IMG/VR virus record: IMGVR_UViG_2541047751_000001
Direction: 5' to 3' (one strand)
Source of the DNA: a virus
Lineage: Duplodnaviria > Heunggongvirae > Uroviricota > Caudoviricetes
DNA length: 10,720 nucleotides
A model generated the notes under the pieces. It was not told where the DNA came from. It did no database searches and saw only the letters and a program-made list of their open reading frames with translations. Position numbers and translations under genes: made by a program. This document shows positions 1 to 7,756 of the stretch, piece after piece; the stretch's first letter is position 1, and each line of letters begins with the position of its first letter.

Positions 1-50
1 CGTCAGCAGACGGTGATGCGGACGTGAAAATGCTCATGGCCATGCCATGA
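1..50 (+). CDS. 3' end of an upstream head gene (partial, runs off the window start); possibly the scaffold/protease-family gene that precedes D in lambdoid phages
   Basis: Frame 3 is open from the window edge to TGA at 48..50 (…SADGDADVKMLMAMP*), immediately upstream of the D-like gene. Product not identified from the sequence itself. Confidence 0.3.
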   Translation, partial: SADGDADVKMLMAMP

Positions 51-86
51 AGTCAGTGCTGAACATCAATACGAGGTTTTAACAAT

Positions 87-434
87 ATGGTGACGAAAAC
101 CATCACTGAACAGCGTGCGGAAGTACGTATTTTTGCCGGTAATGATCCGGCTCATACCGCCACAGGCAGCAGCGGGATTTCCTCGCCAACACCGGCACTG
201 ACGCCCCTGATGCTGGATGAAGCCACCGGGAAACTGGTGGTCTGGGACGGACAGAAAGCCGGTAGTGCGGTTGGCATACTGGTACTGCCGCTTGAAGGCA
301 CAGAGACGGCGCTGACGTATTACAAGTCGGGAACCTTTGCGACGGAGGCAATCCACTGGCCTGAAAGTGTGGATGAACACAAAAAGGCCAACGCCTTTAC
401 CGGCAGTGCCCTGAGTCACGCGGCGCTGCCGTAA
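87..434 (+). CDS. D: Head decoration protein (lambda gpD / SHP family), 115 aa
   Basis: ATG at 87 with GAGG about 10 nt upstream. Size and position directly before the major capsid gene match gpD. Motifs such as DPAHTAT, TPLMLD, YYKSGTF resemble lambda gpD but the protein is clearly diverged (from recall). Confidence 0.8.
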   Translation: MVTKTITEQRAEVRIFAGNDPAHTATGSSGISSPTPALTPLMLDEATGKLVVWDGQKAGSAVGILVLPLEGTETALTYYKSGTFATEAIHWPESVDEHKKANAFTGSALSHAALP

Positions 435-442
435 CACGTTAT

Positions 443-462
443 CAGGCCACCACGGTGGCCTG
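443..462 (+). other. Perfect 9-bp inverted repeat (CAGGCCACC-AC-GGTGGCCTG) in the D-E spacer; candidate RNA stem-loop
   Basis: Read directly: caggccacc ac ggtggcctg, just after the D stop and about 30 nt before the E start. No strong T-run follows, so it is more likely an mRNA stability or processing element than a terminator. Confidence 0.3.
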
Positions 463-491
463 ACTGATTTCTGAATGAAAGGAACTGATTT

Positions 492-1520
492 ATGGGATTG
501 TTTACGACCCGCCAGTTACTCGGTTATACCGAACAAAAAGTTAAATTCCGTGCGCTGTTTCTGGAGCTGTTTTTCCGCCGTACGGTGAATTTCCATACCG
601 AAGAGGTGATGCTGGACAAAATTACCGGAAAAACGCCGGTGGCGGCCTATGTCTCCCCGGTTGTTGAAGGAAAAGTGCTGCGTCATCGTGGTGGTGAAAC
701 CCGCGTGTTGCGTCCGGGCTACGTCAAGCCGAAACACGAATTTAATTACCAGCAGGCGGTTGAGCGCCTTCCTGGTGAAGATCCATCTCAACTGAATGAT
801 CCGGCTTACCGCCGTCTGCGTATCATTACCGATAACCTCAAACAGGAAGAGCACGCGATTGTCCAGGTGGAAGAAATGCAGGCGGTAAATGCTGTGTTGT
901 ATGGCAAATACACCATGGAAGGAGACCAGTTCGAGAAAATTGAGGTCGATTTTGGCAGGTCGACGAAGAATAACATCACTCAGGGTAGTGGTAAGGAGTG
1001 GTCAAAACAGGATCGTGACACGTTCGATCCTACACATGATATTGACCTCTACTGCGACCTGGCCAGCGGTCTTGTGAATATTGCCATTATGGACGGTACC
1101 GTCTGGCGTCTTCTGAATGGTTTTAAGCTGTTCCGCGAAAAACTGGATACCCGTCGCGGTTCAAATTCTCAACTCGAAACGGCAGTGAAAGATCTGGGCG
1201 CAGTGGTGTCCTTCAAGGGGTATTACGGCGATCTGGCCATTGTGGTGGCGAAAACGTCTTATGTGGCAGAGGACGGTACCGAAAAACGTTATCTGCCGGA
1301 GGGCACACTGGTCCTGGGGAATACGGCAGCAGAGGGCATTCGTTGCTATGGTGCCATTCAGGATGCGCAGGCGTTGTCCGAAGGTGTGGTGGCCTCTTCC
1401 CGTTATCCGAAACACTGGCTGACTGTGGGCGATCCGGCCCGTGAATTCACCATGACGCAGTCCGCACCGCTGATGGTGCTGCCGGACCCGGATGAGTTTG
1501 TGGTGGTACAGGTGAAATAA
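492..1520 (+). CDS. E: Major capsid protein (lambda gpE family), 342 aa
   Basis: ATG at 492 with AAGGA about 10 nt upstream. 342 aa against 341 aa for lambda gpE. Shared blocks include PGYVKPKHE, DPAYRR-RII, QVEEMQAV, KLDTRRGSNS-LETAVKDLG, GDPAREFTM-QSAPLM (recall of lambda gpE). Confidence 0.95.
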   Translation: MGLFTTRQLLGYTEQKVKFRALFLELFFRRTVNFHTEEVMLDKITGKTPVAAYVSPVVEGKVLRHRGGETRVLRPGYVKPKHEFNYQQAVERLPGEDPSQLNDPAYRRLRIITDNLKQEEHAIVQVEEMQAVNAVLYGKYTMEGDQFEKIEVDFGRSTKNNITQGSGKEWSKQDRDTFDPTHDIDLYCDLASGLVNIAIMDGTVWRLLNGFKLFREKLDTRRGSNSQLETAVKDLGAVVSFKGYYGDLAIVVAKTSYVAEDGTEKRYLPEGTLVLGNTAAEGIRCYGAIQDAQALSEGVVASSRYPKHWLTVGDPAREFTMTQSAPLMVLPDPDEFVVVQVK

Positions 1521-1528
1521 TCCGTGAG

Positions 1529-1558
1529 CGGGGGCGAAATGCCCCCGTGTCTTTTTTC
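1529..1558 (+). terminator. Intrinsic-terminator-like hairpin plus T-tract downstream of E
   Basis: GC-rich stem GGGGGC(1530-1535)/GCCCCC(1541-1546) with loop GAAAT, extendable by flanking C-G, followed by TGTCTTTTTTC (six T at 1552-1557). Sits between the E stop (1520) and the FI start (1572). Confidence 0.5.
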
Positions 1559-1571
1559 ACAGGGGGCTGAT

Positions 1572-1946
1572 ATGGCAACGAAAGAGCAAAATCTGAAACG
1601 GCTTGATGAACTGGCCCTGATTCTGGGGCGTGAGCCGGATATATCCGGGAGTGCCGCAGAGATAGCGCAGCGGGTGGCAGAATGGGAAGAGGAAATGCAG
1701 TCATCCGGCGATGATGTACAGGTTATGAATATGGATATCCGGGAGCGGGAAACCGCGGCTCATGATGTTCGTGAGGAAACATCCGGCGCGTTAACGCGCA
1801 TCAGAGTTCTGACCTGCCTCCATCTCTGTGGCGTTGATGGTGAAACGGGGGAATCCGTTGAGCTTGCGGATGTTGGTCGGGTGATTCTGATTATGTCCTC
1901 AGATGCAAAAACACACGTTGATGGTGGAATGGCTGTTTATGCGTGA
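1572..1946 (+). CDS. FI: DNA-packaging / head assembly protein FI-like, about 124 aa
   Basis: ATG at 1572 preceded by AGGGGG. The track ORF starts earlier at GTG 1524, but that start would run through the terminator hairpin and has no RBS. Position between E and FII, acidic character and size match lambda gpFI; sequence is diverged. Confidence 0.7.
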   Translation: MATKEQNLKRLDELALILGREPDISGSAAEIAQRVAEWEEEMQSSGDDVQVMNMDIRERETAAHDVREETSGALTRIRVLTCLHLCGVDGETGESVELADVGRVILIMSSDAKTHVDGGMAVYA

Positions 1947-2292
1947 TTTTCAGAATGCCTTTGATGCCGCCCTTGCCGGGGTGGACAGTACGATTGTTGA
2001 AGTGATGGGCATCAGTGCGCAGTTCACCTCCGGTGCACAGCGTGGCGGCGAGGTTCATGGCGTTTTTGACGATCCGGAGTCGCTGGGTTTTGCCAGTAGT
2101 GGGATCCGTATTGAAGGAAGTAACCCGTCATTATTTGTGCTTACGGATACGGTTTGTGCTGTACGGCGTGGTGACACGCTGACCATTAACGGCGAGATGT
2201 TCTGGGTGGACCGTGTTTCTCCGGATGACGGAGGGAGTTGTTATCTCTGGCTCAACCGGGGGCAACCACCTGCCGCCAGCCGTCGCCGCTGA
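1939..2292 (+). CDS. FII: Head-tail joining protein FII-like, about 117 aa
   Basis: ATG at 1939 overlaps the FI stop (ATGCGTGA). The C-terminal half (RRGDTLTI…FWVDRVSPDDGGSC-LWL-RG-PPA--RRR) matches lambda gpFII closely from recall; the N-terminal half is more diverged. Confidence 0.85.
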   Translation: MRDFQNAFDAALAGVDSTIVEVMGISAQFTSGAQRGGEVHGVFDDPESLGFASSGIRIEGSNPSLFVLTDTVCAVRRGDTLTINGEMFWVDRVSPDDGGSCYLWLNRGQPPAASRRR

Positions 2293-2303
2293 AAGGGGGA
2301 TGT

Positions 2304-2882
2304 ATGGCCATAAAAGGTCTTGAGCAGGCCATTGAAAACCTCAGCCGTATCAGCAAAACGGCAGTGCCTGGTGCCGCCGCAATGGCCATTAACCGCGTTG
2401 CTTCATCCGCGATATCGCAGTCGGCGTCACAGGTTGCCCGTGAGACAAAGGTACGCCGGAAACTGGTAAAGGAAAGGGCCAGGCTGAAAAGGGCCACGGT
2501 CAAAAATCCGCAGGCCAGAATCAAAGTTAACCGGGGGGATTTGCCCGTAATCAGGCTGGGTAATGCGCGGGTTGTCCTTTCGCGCCGCAGGCGTCGTAAA
2601 AAGGGGCAGCGTTCATCCCTGAAAGGTGGCGGCAGCGTGCTTGTGGTGGGTAACCGTCGTATTCCCGGCGCGTTTATTCAGCAACTGAAAAATGGCCGCT
2701 GGCATGTCATGCAGCGTGTGGCCGGGAAAAACCGTTACCCCATTGATGTGGTGAAAATTCCGATGGCGGTGCCGCTGACCACGGCGTTTAAACAGAATAT
2801 TGAGCGGATACGGCGTGAGCGTCTTCCGAAAGAGCTGGGCTATGCGCTGCAGCATCAACTGAGGATGGTAATAAAGCGATGA
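2304..2882 (+). CDS. Z: Tail completion protein Z, 192 aa
   Basis: ATG at 2304 with RBS AAAGGGGGA. Translation (MAIKGLEQAIENLSRISKTAVPGAAAMAINRVASS…) is essentially lambda gpZ from recall. Confidence 0.9.
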   Translation: MAIKGLEQAIENLSRISKTAVPGAAAMAINRVASSAISQSASQVARETKVRRKLVKERARLKRATVKNPQARIKVNRGDLPVIRLGNARVVLSRRRRRKKGQRSSLKGGGSVLVVGNRRIPGAFIQQLKNGRWHVMQRVAGKNRYPIDVVKIPMAVPLTTAFKQNIERIRRERLPKELGYALQHQLRMVIKR

Positions 2883-3274
2883 AACATACTGAATTCCGTG
2901 CAGCCGTACTGGATGCACTGGAAAAACATGACACCGGGGCGACGCTTTTTGATGGTCGCCCCGCTGTTTTTGATGAGGCGGATTTTCCGGCAGTTGCCGT
3001 TTATCTCACCGGCGCTGAATACACGGGCGAAGAGCTGGACAGCGATACCTGGCAGGCGGAGCTGCATATCGAAGTTTTCCTGCCTGCTCAGGTGCCGGAT
3101 TCAGAGCTGGATTCGTGGATGGAAAGCCGGATTTATCCGGCGATGAGCGATATCCCGGCACTGTCAGATTTGATCACCAGTATGGTGGCCAGTGGCTATG
3201 ACTACCGGCGCGACGATGATGCGGGCCTGTGGAGTTCAGCCGATCTGACTTATGTCATTACCTATGAAATGTGA
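2879..3274 (+). CDS. U: Tail terminator protein U, 131 aa
   Basis: ATGA overlap with the Z stop. The 131-aa translation ([54 protein letters not shown]…) matches lambda gpU. Confidence 0.95.
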   Translation: MKHTEFRAAVLDALEKHDTGATLFDGRPAVFDEADFPAVAVYLTGAEYTGEELDSDTWQAELHIEVFLPAQVPDSELDSWMESRIYPAMSDIPALSDLITSMVASGYDYRRDDDAGLWSSADLTYVITYEM

Positions 3275-3281
3275 GGACGCT

Positions 3282-4022
3282 ATGCCTGTACCAAATCCTG
3301 TAATGCCGGTGAAAGGGGCCGGGACCACACTGTGGGTTTATAAGGGGAACGGTGACCCTTATGCGAACCCGCTTTCAGACGTTGACTGGTCGCGTCTGGC
3401 AAAAGTTAAAGACCTGACGCCCGGCGAACTGACCGCTGAGTCCTATGACGACAGTTATCTCGATGATGAGGATGCGGACTGGACTGCGACCGGGCAGGGG
3501 CAGAAATCCGCCGGAGATACCAGCTTCACGCTGGCGTGGATGCCCGGAGAGCAGGGGCAGCAGGCGCTGCTGGCGTGGTTTAATGAAGGTGATACCCGTG
3601 CCTATAAAATCCGCTTCCCGAACGGCACGGTCGATGTGTTCCGTGGCTGGGTCAGCAGTATCGGTAAAGCGGTGACGGCGAAGGAAGTGATCACCCGCAC
3701 GGTGAAGGTCACCAATGTGGGCCGTCCGTCAATGGCAGAAGATCGCAGTACGGTGACGGCGGCAACCGGTATGACCGTGACGCCTGCCAGCTCCTCGGTG
3801 GTGAAAGGGCAGAGCACCACGCTGACCGTGGCCTTCCAGCCGGAGGGCGCAACTGACAAGAGCTTCCGTGCGGTGTCAGCGGATAAAACAAAAGCCACCG
3901 TGTCGGTCAGTGGTATGACCATCACCGTGAAAGGTGTTGCTGCAGGCAAGGTCAACATTCCGGTTGTATCCGGTAATGGTGAGTTTGCTGCGGTTGCAGA
4001 AATCACTGTCACCGACAGTTAA
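3282..4022 (+). CDS. V: Major tail tube protein V, 246 aa, with C-terminal Ig-like domain
   Basis: ATG at 3282 with RBS GAGGA. The track ORF starts at 3252, but lambda gpV begins MPVPNP and is 246 aa. The Thr/Val/Ser-rich C-terminal roughly 90 aa is typical of the Big_2-type Ig-like domain of gpV. Confidence 0.95.
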   Translation: MPVPNPVMPVKGAGTTLWVYKGNGDPYANPLSDVDWSRLAKVKDLTPGELTAESYDDSYLDDEDADWTATGQGQKSAGDTSFTLAWMPGEQGQQALLAWFNEGDTRAYKIRFPNGTVDVFRGWVSSIGKAVTAKEVITRTVKVTNVGRPSMAEDRSTVTAATGMTVTPASSSVVKGQSTTLTVAFQPEGATDKSFRAVSADKTKATVSVSGMTITVKGVAAGKVNIPVVSGNGEFAAVAEITVTDS

Positions 4023-4037
4023 TCCGGAGAGTCAGCG

Positions 4038-4460
4038 ATGTTCCTGAAAACCGAATCATTTGAACATAACGGCGTGACCGTCACGCTTTCTGAACTGTCA
4101 GCCCTGCAGCGTATTGAGCATCTCGCCCTGATGAAACAGCAGGCAGAACAGGCGGAGTCAGACAGCAACCGGCAGGTTACTGTGGAAGACGCCATCAGAA
4201 CCGGTGCTTTTGTGGTGGCGATGTCCCTGTGGCATAACCATCCGCAGAAGACAAAGCTGCCGTCCATGAATGAAGCCATTAAACAGATTGAGCAGGAAGT
4301 GCTTACCACCTGGCCCGCGGAGGCAATTTCTCATGCTGAAAACGTGGTGTACCGGCTGTCCGGTATGTATGGGTTTGTGGTGAATGATGCCCCTGACCAG
4401 GCAGAGGACTCCGGGCCTGCAGAGCCTGTTTCTGCGGGAAAGTGTTCGACGGTGAGCTGA
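4038..4460 (+). CDS. G: Tail assembly chaperone G, 140 aa
   Basis: ATG at 4038 with RBS GGAGAG. 140 aa, ends …PVSAGKCSTVS*; matches lambda gpG. Confidence 0.9.
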   Translation: MFLKTESFEHNGVTVTLSELSALQRIEHLALMKQQAEQAESDSNRQVTVEDAIRTGAFVVAMSLWHNHPQKTKLPSMNEAIKQIEQEVLTTWPAEAISHAENVVYRLSGMYGFVVNDAPDQAEDSGPAEPVSAGKCSTVS

Positions 4461-4876
4461 GTTTTGCCCTGAAACTGGCGCGAGAGATGGGGCGACCTGA
4501 CTGGCGCGCCATGCTTGCCGGGATGTCATCCACGGAGTATGCCGACTGGCACCGCTTTTACAGTACCCATTATTTTCATGATGTTCTGCTGGATATGCAC
4601 TTTTCCGGGCTGACGTACACCGTACTCAGCCTGTTTTTCAGCGATCCGGATATGCATCCGCTGGATTTCAGTTTGCTGAACCGGCGTGAGGATGACGAAG
4701 AGCCTGAAGATGATGTGCTGATGCAGAAAGCGGCAGGGCTTGCCGGAGGCGTCCGCTTTGGCCCGGACGGGAATGAAGTTATCCCCGCTTCCCCGGATAT
4801 GGCGGGCATGACGGAGGATGACGTAATGCTGATGACAGTATCAGAAGGGATCGCAGGAGGAGTCCGGTATGGCTGA
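4038..4876 (+). CDS. G-T: Tail assembly chaperone G-T fusion made by programmed -1 ribosomal frameshift near 4436-4442
   Basis: The T reading frame (track ORF 4442..4876) lies in the -1 frame relative to G and overlaps its 3' end. Slippery heptamer G GGA AAG sits at 4436..4442 in the correct X_XXY_YYZ register. Conserved G/GT arrangement of lambda-like tails. Confidence 0.8.
4436..4442 (+). promoter_or_regulatory. -1 programmed ribosomal frameshift slippery site GGGAAAG (G to G-T)
   Basis: Heptamer read directly, in frame as G_GGA_AAG, 6 codons before the G stop. The -1 frame continues open to 4876. Confidence 0.8.
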
Positions 4877-7430
4877 ACCGGTAGGCGATCTGGTCGTTGA
4901 TTTGAGTCTGGATGCGGCCAGATTTGACGAGCAGATGGCCAGAGTCAGGCGTCATTTTTCCGGTACGGAAAGTGATGCGAAAAAAACAGCGGCAGTCGTT
5001 GAACAGTCAATGAACCGGCAGGCGCTGGCTGCACAGAAAGCGGGGATTTCCGTCGGGCAGTATAAAGCCGCCATGCGTATGCTGCCTGCACAGTTCACCG
5101 ACGTGGCCACGCAGCTTGCAGGCGGGCAAAGCCCGTGGCTGATCCTGCTGCAACAGGGGGGGCAGGTGAAGGACTCCTTCGGCGGGATGATCCCCATGTT
5201 CCGGGGGCTTGCCGGTGCGATCACCCTGCCGATGGTCGGGGCCACCTCGCTGGCGGTGGCGACCGGTGCGCTGGCGTATGCCTGGTATCAGGGCAACTCA
5301 ACCCTGTCCGATTTCAACAAAACGCTGGTCCTTTCCGGCAATCAGGCGGGACTGACGGCAGATCGTATGCTGGTCCTGTCCAGAGCCGGGCAGGCGGCAG
5401 GGCTGACGTTTAACCAGACCAGCGAGTCACTCAGCGCACTGGTTAAGGCGGGGGTAAGCGGTGAGGCTCAGATTGCATCCATCAGCCAGAGTGTGGCGCG
5501 TTTCTCCTCTGCATCCGGCGTGGAGGTGGACAAGGTCGCTGAAGCCTTCGGGAAGCTGACCACAGACCCGACGTCGGGGCTGACGGCGATGGCGCGCCAG
5601 TTCCATAACGTAACGGCGGAGCAGATTGCGTATGTTGCTCAGTTGCAGCGTTCCGGCGATGAAGCCGGGGCATTGCAGGCGGCGAACGAGGCCGCAACGA
5701 AAGGGTTTGATGACCAGACCCGCCGCCTGAAAGAGAACATGGGCACGCTGGAAACCTGGGCAGACAGGACAGCACGGGCATTCAAATCCATGTGGGATGC
5801 GGTGCTGGATATTGGTCGTCCTGATACCGCGCAGGAGATGCTGATTAAGGCAGAGGCTGCGTTTAAGAAAGCAGACGACATCTGGAATCTGCGCAAGGAT
5901 GATTATTTTGTTAACGATGAAGCGCGGGCGCGTTACTGGGATGATCGTGAAAAGGCCCGTCTTGCGCTTGAAGCCGCCCGAAAGAAGGCTGAGCAGCAGA
6001 CTCAACAGGACAAAAATGCGCAGCAGCAGAGCGATACCGAAGCGTCACGGCTGAAATATACCGAAGAGGCGCAGAAGGCTTACGAACGGCTGCAGACACC
6101 GCTGGAGAAATATACCGCCCGTCAGGAAGAACTGAACAAGGCACTGAAAGACGGGAAAATCCTGCAGGCGGATTACAACACGCTGATGGCGGCGGCGAAA
6201 AAGGATTATGAAGCGACGCTGAAAAAGCCGAAACAGTCCGGCGTGAAGGTGTCTGCGGGCGATCGTCAGGAAGACAGTGCTCATGCTGCCCTGCTGACGC
6301 TTCAGGCAGAACTCCGGACGCTGGAGAAGCATGCCGGAGCAAATGAGAAAATCAGCCAGCAGCGCCGGGATTTGTGGAAGGCAGAAAGTCAGTTCGCGGT
6401 ACTGGAGGAGGCGGCGCAACGTCGCCAGCTGTCTGCACAGGAGAAATCCCTGCTGGCGCATAAAGATGAGACGCTGGAGTACAAACGCCAGCTGGCTGCA
6501 CTTGGCGACAAGGTTACGTATCAGGAGCGCCTGAACGCGCTGGCGCAGCAGGCGGATAAATTCGCACAGCAGCAACGGGCAAAACGGGCCGCCATTGATG
6601 CGAAAAGCCGGGGGCTGACTGACCGGCAGGCAGAACGGGAAGCCACGGAACAGCGCCTGAAGGAACAGTATGGCGATAATCCTCTGGCGCTGAATAACGT
6701 CATGTCAGAGCAGAAAAAGACCTGGGCGGCTGAAGACCTGCTTCGCGGGAACTGGATGGCAGGCCTCAAGTCCGGCTGGAGTGAGTGGGAAGAGAGTGCC
6801 ACGGACAGTATGTCGCAGGTTAAAAGTGCTGCCACGCAGACCTTTGATGGTATTGCGCAGAATATGGCGGCGATGCTGACCGGCAGTGAACAGAACTGGC
6901 GCAGCTTCACCCGTTCCGTGCTGTCCATGATGACAGAAATTCTGCTTAAGCAGGCAATGGTGGGGATTGTCGGGAGTATCGGCAGCGCTATTGGCGGGGC
7001 TGTTGGTGGCGGCGCATCCGCGTCAGGCGGTACAGCCATTCAGGCCGCTGCGGCGAAACTCCATTTTGCAACCGGAGGATTTACGGGAACCGGCGGCAAA
7101 TATGAGCCTGCGGGGATTGTTCATCGTGGTGAATTTGTCTTCACGAAGGAGGCAACCAGCCGGATTGGCGTGGGAAATCTCTACCGGCTGATGCGCGGCT
7201 ATGCCACCGGCGGTTATGTCGGTGGCACCGGAAGTCCGGCGCAAATGCGGCGTTCAGAGGGTATCAGGTTTGAGCAGAACAACAACGTGGTGATTCAGAA
7301 CGACGGTACGAATGGTCTGCCAGGTCCACAGATGATGAAGGCGGTGTATGACATGGCCCGCAAGGGTGCCCGTGATGAAATCCAGGCACAGATGCGCGAT
7401 GGTGGTCTGTTCTCCGGAGGTGGACGATGA
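4869..7430 (+). CDS. H: Tail tape measure protein H, 853 aa
   Basis: ATG at 4869 with strong RBS AGGAGGAG; overlaps the T stop. 853 aa, same length as lambda gpH, near-identical from recall. Has a long charged, coiled-coil-like central region and a Gly/Ala-rich hydrophobic segment near the C-terminus. Confidence 0.95.
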   Translation: MAEPVGDLVVDLSLDAARFDEQMARVRRHFSGTESDAKKTAAVVEQSMNRQALAAQKAGISVGQYKAAMRMLPAQFTDVATQLAGGQSPWLILLQQGGQVKDSFGGMIPMFRGLAGAITLPMVGATSLAVATGALAYAWYQGNSTLSDFNKTLVLSGNQAGLTADRMLVLSRAGQAAGLTFNQTSESLSALVKAGVSGEAQIASISQSVARFSSASGVEVDKVAEAFGKLTTDPTSGLTAMARQFHNVTAEQIAYVAQLQRSGDEAGALQAANEAATKGFDDQTRRLKENMGTLETWADRTARAFKSMWDAVLDIGRPDTAQEMLIKAEAAFKKADDIWNLRKDDYFVNDEARARYWDDREKARLALEAARKKAEQQTQQDKNAQQQSDTEASRLKYTEEAQKAYERLQTPLEKYTARQEELNKALKDGKILQADYNTLMAAAKKDYEATLKKPKQSGVKVSAGDRQEDSAHAALLTLQAELRTLEKHAGANEKISQQRRDLWKAESQFAVLEEAAQRRQLSAQEKSLLAHKDETLEYKRQLAALGDKVTYQERLNALAQQADKFAQQQRAKRAAIDAKSRGLTDRQAEREATEQRLKEQYGDNPLALNNVMSEQKKTWAAEDLLRGNWMAGLKSGWSEWEESATDSMSQVKSAATQTFDGIAQNMAAMLTGSEQNWRSFTRSVLSMMTEILLKQAMVGIVGSIGSAIGGAVGGGASASGGTAIQAAAAKLHFATGGFTGTGGKYEPAGIVHRGEFVFTKEATSRIGVGNLYRLMRGYATGGYVGGTGSPAQMRRSEGIRFEQNNNVVIQNDGTNGLPGPQMMKAVYDMARKGARDEIQAQMRDGGLFSGGGR

Positions 7431-7756
7431 AAACCTTCCGCTGGAAAGTGAAACCCGGGATGGATGTGACATCGGCTCCTTCCGTCAGGGAGGTGCGCTT
7501 TGGTGATGGCTATTCCCAGCGAGCGCCTGCCGGGCTGAATGCCAACCTGAAAACGTACAGCGTGACGCTGTCTGTCTCCCGTGAGGAGGCCACGGCGCTG
7601 GAGTCGTTTCTGGCTGAGCACGGGGGCTGGAAGGCCTTTCTGTGGACGCCGCCTTATGGTTACAGGCAGATAAAGGTGACCTGCGCAAAATGGTCGTCGC
7701 GGGTCAGTATGCTGCGTGTTGAGTTCAGCGCAGAGTTTGAACAGGTGGTGAACTGA
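7427..7756 (+). CDS. M: Tail tip protein M, 109 aa
   Basis: ATGA overlap with the H stop, RBS GGAGGTGGA. 109 aa, matching lambda gpM in position and length. Confidence 0.9.
   Translation: MKTFRWKVKPGMDVTSAPSVREVRFGDGYSQRAPAGLNANLKTYSVTLSVSREEATALESFLAEHGGWKAFLWTPPYGYRQIKVTCAKWSSRVSMLRVEFSAEFEQVVN

Noticed and set aside
66-437. 123-aa minus-strand ORF antisense to D
   Set aside because: Shadow ORF of the D coding sequence; the + strand gene has an RBS and gpD-like motifs.
1524-1571. GTG start at 1524 extending FI by 16 codons (MSGGEMPPCLFSQGAD…)
   Set aside because: The extension would translate through the terminator hairpin and has no RBS. ATG 1572 has an AGGGGG Shine-Dalgarno and gives a gpFI-like N-terminus.
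1903-2303. Upstream in-frame ATGs for FII (1903) and Z (2238) offered by the ORF track
   Set aside because: The lambda-like N-termini begin at 1939 (MRDFQNAFDAAL) and 2304 (MAIKGLEQ). The upstream extensions lie inside the preceding genes, and for Z the 2304 start has a strong RBS.
3252-3281. Upstream ATG at 3252 for V
   Set aside because: It lies within the U coding region. ATG 3282 has a GAGGA RBS and gives the gpV-like N-terminus MPVPNP… with the expected 246 aa.
5427-7039. Several 140-190 aa minus-strand ORFs antisense to H (5427..6005, 5911..6342, 6045..6575, 6521..7039)
   Set aside because: They overlap each other and the tape measure gene, with Arg/Cys/Pro-rich translations typical of antisense frames of GC-rich coding sequence; no start context.
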